A stretch of DNA of 32,000 nt, from positions 330,001 through 362,000 of the forward strand of contig OY776328.1 of NCBI GenBank assembly GCA_963675515.1. Reading direction: 5' to 3'. The position numbers and the translations under genes were made by a program. Under the pieces are notes generated by a model. It was not told where the DNA came from. It did not search any database and worked only from the letters and a program-made list of their open reading frames with translations. Source of the DNA: Coprobacillaceae bacterium (lineage in GTDB: Bacteria; Bacillota_I; Bacilli_A; Erysipelotrichales; Coprobacillaceae). Of this stretch, positions 24,906 to 32,000 are shown piece by piece (the first letter of the stretch is position 1; each line of letters begins with the position of its first letter).

Positions 24906-25869
24906 GATCATCAAGGAGTCGGAGGAACCGCTAAACGGGCAGGCCATCAGGGATGCGCTCGAGCAACATGATATCATTGTCGATATCAAGACAGTCCATA
25001 AATCGATATTGAAAATTAATGAAATGACGCAAGTTGCTTTAGGATACGATTTGGTTTATAATGTAAAAAAGATAGGTTATTACATTGGAAATCATTATTT
25101 CAGTGATGGCCAGATCCAATTCCTGTTGGACGTTGTAATGTCCAACGACAATCTTTCAGCCGATTCCAAAGGTCAACTAGAGGAAAAACTTAAGTTTTTG
25201 TCCAGTGAAAGCCAGATATCAAGATTGAATTTCACTAAAAATGCCAATGGAGACCTGGATTACGATCTGCTTTTGAATCTGTCAACCATAATCAAGGCAA
25301 TAAATAACAAGAAAAATATTATCTTCAAATATATAACCTATAATGTGGTTGATAACAGGTTGAACATCGTGGAAAATAAAGGAGGTAATCGAACGGTTAA
25401 TGGAAACAGTTATTACATGATTTCTCCCTATCGCCTGGTAATGGACAACTCCAACTACTATGTGCTGGGACATTATGACAAAAGGGCGGACTCGCTTAGC
25501 GTCTATCGGGTTGACCGGATGAGGCTGATCCAGACCCACAAAGGCCGCTTTGTCAAAGAACCAAAGGAACAAGTAATTGACAATTATTTGAAGAACAACG
25601 TCAACATGTACATTTCGTCTTCATCAAGCAACTTGGAGTTTGTCTTCACCGCAAAAGTCATCCGGGAGATCGGGGCCAAGTTCGGTGCGGACTTATGGGT
25701 TGAAAAGATCGGTGACAAATATCGGGGTATCATCAATAATGTCAACATCAATGATGGTCTGATTGGATGGATCATGATGCTCAATACCGAGATTGAAATC
25801 ATCAGGCCAGCAAGCCTCAAGAAGCAGATCAAAGAAAAAGTGGCAATATTGACTGATTTTTACAAATGA
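24877..25869 (+). CDS. HTH-WYL-WCX transcriptional regulator
   Basis: N-terminal wHTH (RMYYIVRIIKESEEPLNGQAIRDALEQ). WYL core IIFKYITYN...YMISPYRLVMDNSNYYVLGHYDKRADSLSVYRVDRMRLIQ. C-terminal extension domain. The start is 24877 or 24889. Confidence 0.75.
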   Translation: MLTRMYYIVRIIKESEEPLNGQAIRDALEQHDIIVDIKTVHKSILKINEMTQVALGYDLVYNVKKIGYYIGNHYFSDGQIQFLLDVVMSNDNLSADSKGQLEEKLKFLSSESQISRLNFTKNANGDLDYDLLLNLSTIIKAINNKKNIIFKYITYNVVDNRLNIVENKGGNRTVNGNSYYMISPYRLVMDNSNYYVLGHYDKRADSLSVYRVDRMRLIQTHKGRFVKEPKEQVIDNYLKNNVNMYISSSSSNLEFVFTAKVIREIGAKFGADLWVEKIGDKYRGIINNVNINDGLIGWIMMLNTEIEIIRPASLKKQIKEKVAILTDFYK

Positions 25870-25887
25870 TCTTGTCATGGCGGAATC

Positions 25888-25925
25888 TTAACACATTCTT
25901 AACATTAATTAACTGAAACTTGCTT
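25888..25925 (+). promoter_or_regulatory. Pho box (PhoP-type direct repeats) upstream of pstS
   Basis: TTAACA (25888), TTAACA (25899), TTAACT (25909) and a degenerate TTGCTT (25920), at 11/10/11-bp spacing. A candidate -10, TATGAT, lies at 25950-25955. Confidence 0.7.
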
Positions 25926-25992
25926 TTATAAATTTTGGTAATAAATTATTATGATAACGTCTTAACCAAGAGAAAAAGGAAGGAATTTTGAA

Positions 25993-26817
25993 ATGAAAAA
26001 GTTCGTTAGTTTGTTTTTAGCGTTTGTAATGGCTGTAGGACTTGTTGGATGCGGATCTGGCGATAACGGGGACTCATCAGTTAGCGGTGTTGTTAAATTG
26101 GATGGTTCAACCTCAATGGAAAAATTGGTTGGAGCCCTTTCTGAAGCAATGCCTGAAGCATATCCAAATATATCATTGGAAGCTCAATTCACTGGTTCTT
26201 CATCAGGAATCAAAGCTTTGATCGCGGGTACAGCTGACATCGGTGATGCGTCTCGTAACCTTAAAGAAGAAGAAATCGCTTCAGGCGCAGTTGAAAACAT
26301 CGTTGCAATCGATGGTATCGCAATTGCGGTTAACCCAAGCTTGACTGTAGAAGACATCACTACAGAACAATTGGCGCAAATCTACAAAGGTGAAATAACT
26401 AACTGGTCACAGTTGGGTGGCCAAAATGAAGCAATCGTCGTAATCGGACGTGACTCAGCTTCAGGTACACGTGGTGCCTTCGAAGAAATCCTTGATATTG
26501 AAGGAATGTGCAAATATGCCCAGGAAATCGAATCAACTGGTGCGGTAGTTGCCAAAGTTGCCCAAGTAGAAGGGGCAATCGGATATGTATCATTGGATAT
26601 GATCGGTGAAACAGTTAAAGCAATGCCATTAAATGGTGTCACACCATCAAATGAAACTATCGCAGATGGTTCATACGTATTATCTCGTCCATTCGTAATG
26701 GCAACCATGGGTGCAATCGAAGACCAATCAGAAGCGGTTCAAGCAGTGTTTGCATTCATCGCATCTGAAGATGGACAAAAAGTATTGGAAGCAGTAGGAT
26801 TAGTAGGAGCAAATTAA
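25993..26817 (+). CDS. pstS: Phosphate ABC transporter substrate-binding lipoprotein
   Basis: Lipobox LVGC|GS, plus DGSTSM and SGTRGAFEE motifs typical of PstS. Confidence 0.9.
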   Translation: MKKFVSLFLAFVMAVGLVGCGSGDNGDSSVSGVVKLDGSTSMEKLVGALSEAMPEAYPNISLEAQFTGSSSGIKALIAGTADIGDASRNLKEEEIASGAVENIVAIDGIAIAVNPSLTVEDITTEQLAQIYKGEITNWSQLGGQNEAIVVIGRDSASGTRGAFEEILDIEGMCKYAQEIESTGAVVAKVAQVEGAIGYVSLDMIGETVKAMPLNGVTPSNETIADGSYVLSRPFVMATMGAIEDQSEAVQAVFAFIASEDGQKVLEAVGLVGAN

Positions 26818-26820
26818 TTT

Positions 26821-27756
26821 ATGGAAGCTAAAAATTTATCGATTTTTAGCAGCCGCAAATCTAAATCAACGACAGAGCGCACAGCTGCGATTATCCTTCG
26901 CATCTGTGCCATTATGTCTATAGTGGCGGTTGCTTCAATCACAGTATATATGGCAATTTCCGGAACTCCGGCTTTATTCAGCCAGGGATTTGTGGAAATT
27001 CTATTCAACCCGGTCTGGAATCCGACCGGAGCCAATCCTGAATACGGGATTTTATTGATTATCATAACCTCGATTTTCGGGGTTGCCGCGGCAATCGTCA
27101 TTGGTGTTCCAATTGGCTTGCTTACGGCAGTCTTCCTTTCAGAAATCGCACAGCCCAAGGCGCGATTTGTAGTTCGTTCGGCAGTTGAACTTTTAGCCGG
27201 AATTCCTTCTGTTATATATGGTTTGCTTGGTATCCTGATCATCAACCCAATTATGTACGATATTGAAAGAGCGCTATTTGCGGGTGATCCCAACCACCAG
27301 ATGACAGGCGGGGCCAACTTGTTGGCGGCAATCCTGGTCCTTGCAATCATGATATTGCCGACCCTTATCAATATCTCGCAAACAGCCCTTGAAGCAGTGC
27401 CGGACAACTTCCGCCAATCTTCTCTGGCTCTTGGAGCAAGCAAAATCCAGACAATTTTCAAAGTTGTCATTCCGGCAGCCCGCAACGGGATTCTTTCAGC
27501 CATCGTCCTGGGAGTAGGGCGGGCGATCGGTGAAGCGATGGCAATTGTCCTGGTTTCCGGGAACTCGGTTAATTTTCCGACGCCTTTTGCCTCGGTCAGG
27601 TTCCTGACAACCGGTATCGTCACTGATTTCGCCTATGCGACTGGGGTCCATCTGGATGTCCTGTATACGATCGGTCTGGTCTTGTTTGTGTTTATTATCA
27701 TCATCAATATTGTCTTATCCAAAATTGTAAAAGCAGGAGTTGCAAATGGAAAATAA
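26821..27756 (+). CDS. pstC: Phosphate ABC transporter permease PstC
   Basis: Six-TM permease with an EAA-like loop (SSLALGASKIQTIFKVVIPAA), in the position after pstS. Confidence 0.9.
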   Translation: MEAKNLSIFSSRKSKSTTERTAAIILRICAIMSIVAVASITVYMAISGTPALFSQGFVEILFNPVWNPTGANPEYGILLIIITSIFGVAAAIVIGVPIGLLTAVFLSEIAQPKARFVVRSAVELLAGIPSVIYGLLGILIINPIMYDIERALFAGDPNHQMTGGANLLAAILVLAIMILPTLINISQTALEAVPDNFRQSSLALGASKIQTIFKVVIPAARNGILSAIVLGVGRAIGEAMAIVLVSGNSVNFPTPFASVRFLTTGIVTDFAYATGVHLDVLYTIGLVLFVFIIIINIVLSKIVKAGVANGK

Positions 27757-28651
27757 GGCTGCGGATGATGGGTTAGTGGGGAGTACGAATATGCGAAGCA
27801 TTTACGATAAGAAAAGGCGGATCGGGGATACAATCCTTAATGGATTGATTTATCTGAGCACCGGATTTGCTTTACTGATAGTTGTGGTCATTTTAGGCTA
27901 CATCGCGCTGCGGGGAATACCGGAGCTAAACATCGGCTATTTCATCAACCAGACAAGTATTTTGAAAAATACGGTTGGTATTTTGCCTAATATCATCAAC
28001 ACCCTATACATGATCGCACTGACTTTGATGATTGCAGTGCCGATCGGAGTCGGCGGTGCTATTTATTTGAATGAATATGCCAATGGGGGGCGGTTTGTCG
28101 ATCTTGTAAGTTTCACAACTGAAGTCCTTTCCGGGATACCTTCAATAGTCTACGGACTTTTCGGTTACCTGTTTTTCGGGATTTTCATGGGGCTTTCTTA
28201 TTCGATTTTGACCGGTGCATTGACTCTGGCTATCATGGTTCTGCCTCTGATTTCAAGAAACACCCAAGTTGCACTGGACAATGTTCCGAATTCATACCGC
28301 GAGGCGGCGCTTGGAATCGGATCAACCAAGTGGTACATGATCAGGACAGTCCTTCTGCCAAGTGCGATTCCTGGTATTTTGACTGGTGTGATCCTGGCTA
28401 TGGGGCGCGTTGTCGCGGAATCGGCGGCACTTATCTTCACGGCTGGGGCCGTGGCCAAACTGCCAGCGAGTTTCTTTGGACATATCACAACTTCGGGGGC
28501 GACACTTACAATCCAGCTCTACTTTGAGATGGCAAAAGGTAATTTTGATATTGCCTTTGTAATCGCAGTTGTGCTGATGGTTATTGTTTTGACTTTGAAT
28601 TTCTTGGCAAGATGGATATCGATGCGTTTTGACGTAAATAGAATAAAATAA
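27746..28651 (+). CDS. pstA: Phosphate ABC transporter permease PstA
   Basis: ATG 27746 is 6 nt after AGGAG and overlaps the pstC end. EAA loop REAALGIGSTKWYMIRTVLLPSA. Confidence 0.9.
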   Translation: MENKAADDGLVGSTNMRSIYDKKRRIGDTILNGLIYLSTGFALLIVVVILGYIALRGIPELNIGYFINQTSILKNTVGILPNIINTLYMIALTLMIAVPIGVGGAIYLNEYANGGRFVDLVSFTTEVLSGIPSIVYGLFGYLFFGIFMGLSYSILTGALTLAIMVLPLISRNTQVALDNVPNSYREAALGIGSTKWYMIRTVLLPSAIPGILTGVILAMGRVVAESAALIFTAGAVAKLPASFFGHITTSGATLTIQLYFEMAKGNFDIAFVIAVVLMVIVLTLNFLARWISMRFDVNRIK

Positions 28652-28663
28652 AGGATTGAAAAA

Positions 28664-29419
28664 ATGGAAAATAAGATTGTAGCGAAAAACTTAAACCTCT
28701 GGTATGGTGAAAAGCAGGCTTTAAAAAGTATCGATCTCGATATCAAAGAAAAATCGATCACAGCTTTCATCGGACCTTCAGGATGCGGGAAGTCGACCTT
28801 CCTGAAAACCTTGAACCGGATGAATGATTATGTTGAAAATATAAGAATCGAAGGTGATGTCATCCTTGATGGCGAAAACATCTATGCCGATGGCGTCGAT
28901 ACCACAATCCTTCGTAAAAAAGTAGGGATGGTGTTCCAACAACCGAACCCTTTCCCGATGACTATTTATGACAATGTCGCATATGGACCGCGCATCCACG
29001 GAATCAAGGACCGCAAGACCCTGGACAAAATTGTCGAAGAGTCTTTGAAGGCGGCCGCATTGTATGATGAGGTAAAAGACCGGTTGCATACCAATGCCCT
29101 GGGTCTTTCAGGTGGTCAGCAGCAACGTCTTTGTATCGCCCGCTGCCTGGCGGTGGAACCTGAGGTTATCCTGCTCGATGAACCGACATCGGCGCTGGAC
29201 CCGATTTCCACATTGAAGATAGAAGAATTGCTTATGGAACTTAAAGACAAATATACCATTGCAATTGTAACTCATAACATGCAACAAGCCAGCCGGATTG
29301 CCGACTACACGGCTTTCTTCCTGATTGGTGAAATGATTGAATATGGTAAAACCGATGATGTGTTCTCAAGACCTCAGGATGAGCGGACTGAAAATTACAT
29401 CACAGGGCGGTTTGGATAG
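28664..29419 (+). CDS. pstB: Phosphate ABC transporter ATP-binding protein
   Basis: Walker [10 protein letters not shown], signature LSGGQQQR, Walker [12 protein letters not shown]. Confidence 0.95.
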   Translation: MENKIVAKNLNLWYGEKQALKSIDLDIKEKSITAFIGPSGCGKSTFLKTLNRMNDYVENIRIEGDVILDGENIYADGVDTTILRKKVGMVFQQPNPFPMTIYDNVAYGPRIHGIKDRKTLDKIVEESLKAAALYDEVKDRLHTNALGLSGGQQQRLCIARCLAVEPEVILLDEPTSALDPISTLKIEELLMELKDKYTIAIVTHNMQQASRIADYTAFFLIGEMIEYGKTDDVFSRPQDERTENYITGRFG

Positions 29420-29428
29420 GAGAATGAT

Positions 29429-30088
29429 ATGTTAAGAAGCTCTTTTTTGAATGATCTTAATCGATTGAAAGTTGATTTGAACAAAATGTGCTACATGGTT
29501 ATCAAGCAGTTGGAAAACGGAATTGAAGCCTTCAAGAATGACGACAAGGAATTGGCTAAAACAGTTATCCTAAAGGACAAGGAGGTCAATGACATGGAGC
29601 GCAAAATTGAAGCTGCCTGTTTGAATCTTATTTTAAGACAACAGCCGATTGCGCGCGACCTTCGTGACATCTCGACTGCATTGAAAATCGTGACTGATTT
29701 GGAAAGGATCGGTGACCAGATCGCCGATATTTGCGAAACAATCATCAGGCTAAATGCCAAACATGCATTCAAGATGGTCGAAGATATCCCTGAAATGGCG
29801 GAGATCGCCACCAAGATGGTCCGTGACGCTATCCAGTCATTCAATGACAATGACATCATTCTGGCTAAAGAAGTTAAATTGCGTGATGACCGGGTTGATG
29901 AGCTGTTCAACAACGTTAAGTTGGAATTGGTTGAAATCACCAAAAACGCACCTGATCAAATAGACGCCTGCATCGAGTTTACTATTATTGCGAAATACCT
30001 TGAAAGAATCGGTGATCATGCGGTAAATATTTGCGAATGGACTGAGTTCCAGGAAACAGGGGAAATGGATCATACCAGATTGATTTAG
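29429..30088 (+). CDS. phoU: Phosphate signalling accessory protein PhoU
   Basis: Two PhoU repeats with DLERIGD and YLERIGDHA motifs. Confidence 0.9.
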   Translation: MLRSSFLNDLNRLKVDLNKMCYMVIKQLENGIEAFKNDDKELAKTVILKDKEVNDMERKIEAACLNLILRQQPIARDLRDISTALKIVTDLERIGDQIADICETIIRLNAKHAFKMVEDIPEMAEIATKMVRDAIQSFNDNDIILAKEVKLRDDRVDELFNNVKLELVEITKNAPDQIDACIEFTIIAKYLERIGDHAVNICEWTEFQETGEMDHTRLI

Positions 30089-30097
30089 GAGATATTT

Positions 30098-30781
30098 ATG
30101 GCTGATAAAATTGTAGTTGTAGAAGATGATGAGAGTATCCGCGAAGTAATCGAAATCGCATTGAGTTCGACTGGATATCAAGTTTCCGGTTTCGACAATG
30201 CCTTGGATGCGATCGATTATATAAAATCCAATGTTGTCGATCTGGCGATTTTCGATGTGATGCTGCCAAAGATAAGCGGCATTGAAGCCATCAAGATAAT
30301 CAGGCAGACCAATGGCCAATTGCCGATTTTGATTTTATCCGCAAAGGACCGGGAAATCGACAAGGTGACCGGACTCGACAGCGGCGGCGATGATTATCTG
30401 GCCAAGCCTTTTGGTATTTTGGAACTTCAGGCCAGGGTCCGGGCGCTGATCCGCCGCAAGAAATCGACTGTCAGCGAATTGAAGACCGAGACTCTTGCCG
30501 TGAACCTCGCAACCCGGGTTGTGACGCAAAATGGCATCGAAGTCGACTTGACCAACAAGGAGTATCAGCTGCTTATTTACCTGATGGAAAACCGCAACCG
30601 GGTAGTCGGACGGGATGAACTGCTCAATGAAATATGGGGCTTTGATTTCATGGGGGAATCAAGGGCGTTGGATGTCCATGTCCGTGCCTTGCGTTCGAAA
30701 CTAGATAACGATACCACCAAGTACATAGCGACAACCCGCGGAGTCGGTTACCGCTTTGAAGAGAGAAACAGCGATGAATAA
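30098..30781 (+). CDS. phoP: OmpR-family response regulator (PhoP/PhoB-type)
   Basis: Receiver domain (VVEDDESI...DLAIFDVMLP...KP) plus a winged-helix output domain (LTNKEYQLLIYLMEN...RGVGYRF). The gene context is pst-phoU. Confidence 0.8.
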   Translation: MADKIVVVEDDESIREVIEIALSSTGYQVSGFDNALDAIDYIKSNVVDLAIFDVMLPKISGIEAIKIIRQTNGQLPILILSAKDREIDKVTGLDSGGDDYLAKPFGILELQARVRALIRRKKSTVSELKTETLAVNLATRVVTQNGIEVDLTNKEYQLLIYLMENRNRVVGRDELLNEIWGFDFMGESRALDVHVRALRSKLDNDTTKYIATTRGVGYRFEERNSDE

Positions 30782-32000
30782 AGCGATATTCAGATATATG
30801 GCCATGGCTATGACTTTGATTTTTGTCATAACTGTGGTCGTTAGTTCTATTGCAATTACAAACACTTTGCGTTATCAGCAGGAAAGAATAGTCGATTACA
30901 CTCTTGATTCGACAGTTTCTTATGCCGTGCAAAACGATTACAACCTGCCCACATATTTCAATTCACAGATTGTCCAGGTTGCGGTAATTGATCAGGAAGG
31001 CAATATTATCAAATATTCCGGGATGGCGTCACCAAGCAACCAGGCATCTTCGGGTGAGTTTGTCGAAGCCCATCTGTTTGGTTACGGCGAGGAGATATAT
31101 TATTCCGACCAATTTGGCCAGAATGTACTGGCGGTTGCCAAGTCAACCAACGGCTATATAATAAGAATAACATTCGCATATATGGGATACGGACAAATAT
31201 ATTCGCAGCTGTTCAATCCGTTTTTCATAACTTATATCATTTGTCTGGTAATATGTTATTTCATCTCCATTCTGCTGACCAAACGATTGGTCAAACCGAT
31301 CAATGAGGTCGCAAACTATCTCGAAGATGTCCTTCTCAATGAAGAAAATGAGAACATTTCAATCGGCGACAGCGAATACAATATCATTTTGTCGAAGGCG
31401 AAACGGATCTCACGGCGGATCAACAGCCAGATGAGCAAGATCCAGTTTGAGAAATCAAGAATCAATTCCATTCTGGACCAGATGAAGGAAGGTTTTGTCC
31501 TGCTCAACGACAAGAATCAGGTCATCATGGCCAACAAGAAAGCCCGCCAGATCAATTCGGCAGCTTTCGTTTACAAGCAACCAGCCAGTTCGTTTTTCTT
31601 TGATCGGAAGATACTTGACGCAATCGAGTCGGTCGAGAAAGAGGAAAAATTCGATTATCAGTCAATCGACCGGATTTATTCATGCATCATCACCAAGGTT
31701 GAGTTCGGAGTCACAATCTTGTTTATAAATGTGACTGAAAACCGCAATGCCATCCAGATGCGCAGTGATTTCTTTTCCAACGTGTCCCATGAATTGAAGA
31801 CACCGATGACGGCAATCCGGGGCTATAGCGATATCCTGATGGCCGGATACATCAAGGATCCGATGGCCTTGAGCGATATCTATGTCAAGATAAACAAGGA
31901 ATCGATCAATATGTCGAATCTCGTATCGGACATATTGATGATTTCAATGCTTGAAAACAATGCGATCGAGGTTGAATACAGCGACATTCGATTGGCAAAC
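30774..32000 (+). CDS. phoR: Sensor histidine kinase PhoR-type, 3' end beyond the window
   Basis: ATG 30774 overlaps the regulator stop, and I translated the frame as open through base 32000. It has two TM segments, a PAS-like region and the H-box FFSNVSHELKTPMTAIRGY. It is absent from the ORF track because there is no stop in the window. Confidence 0.8.
   Translation, partial: MNKAIFRYMAMAMTLIFVITVVVSSIAITNTLRYQQERIVDYTLDSTVSYAVQNDYNLPTYFNSQIVQVAVIDQEGNIIKYSGMASPSNQASSGEFVEAHLFGYGEEIYYSDQFGQNVLAVAKSTNGYIIRITFAYMGYGQIYSQLFNPFFITYIICLVICYFISILLTKRLVKPINEVANYLEDVLLNEENENISIGDSEYNIILSKAKRISRRINSQMSKIQFEKSRINSILDQMKEGFVLLNDKNQVIMANKKARQINSAAFVYKQPASSFFFDRKILDAIESVEKEEKFDYQSIDRIYSCIITKVEFGVTILFINVTENRNAIQMRSDFFSNVSHELKTPMTAIRGYSDILMAGYIKDPMALSDIYVKINKESINMSNLVSDILMISMLENNAIEVEYSDIRLAN

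Noticed and set aside
26814-27623. 269-aa ORF on the - strand
   Set aside because: It is antisense to pstC. Its Pro/Ala/Arg-rich translation is typical of a shadow frame, and the pst operon context is unambiguous.

Overview
This 32 kb window looks like a low-GC Gram-positive (Firmicutes-type) chromosome: strong GGAGG ribosome-binding sites, many ATGA/TGATG gene overlaps, a PhoP-style TTAACA Pho box. All calls come from reading the sequence and the ORF translations by eye; no database search was possible. Most of the window is housekeeping: the 3' end of gltX, an Ig-like membrane protein, asnB, two Cof-type HAD phosphatases, ilvA, carAB behind a leader with a terminator, an AIM24-lactonase-HAD operon, an Lrp/AsnC regulator with an aminotransferase (alaR/alaT-like), and a complete pstSCAB-phoU-phoP-phoR phosphate module. 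The notable part is a terminator-bounded, single-strand operon of about 9.4 kb (5830-15226) between ilvA and carAB. It reads as a Tad/Flp-like (type IVc) pilus machine with an unusual parts list. It holds a 790-aa secreted surface protein, a small TadA/VirB11-class ATPase, a fused TadB-TadC-like platform protein, and five pilin-like proteins. All five share M-x4-[G/E]-[E/S/L]-Y-[G/M] followed by a hydrophobic helix, which is a Flp-type EY core with essentially no leader peptide. Three of these genes are under 60 aa and are missing from the ORF track. No prepilin peptidase or TadZ is present in the locus. The operon is interrupted twice, in the same orientation, by decayed IS607-family (serine-recombinase tnpA plus tnpB) relics. 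They appear to sit exactly between the GGAGG Shine-Dalgarno and the ATG of two pilus genes, so the locus may be crippled. Secondary items are a WYL-regulator/unknown-protein pair, a leader-peptide/terminator arrangement upstream of carA, and a clear Pho box upstream of pstS.
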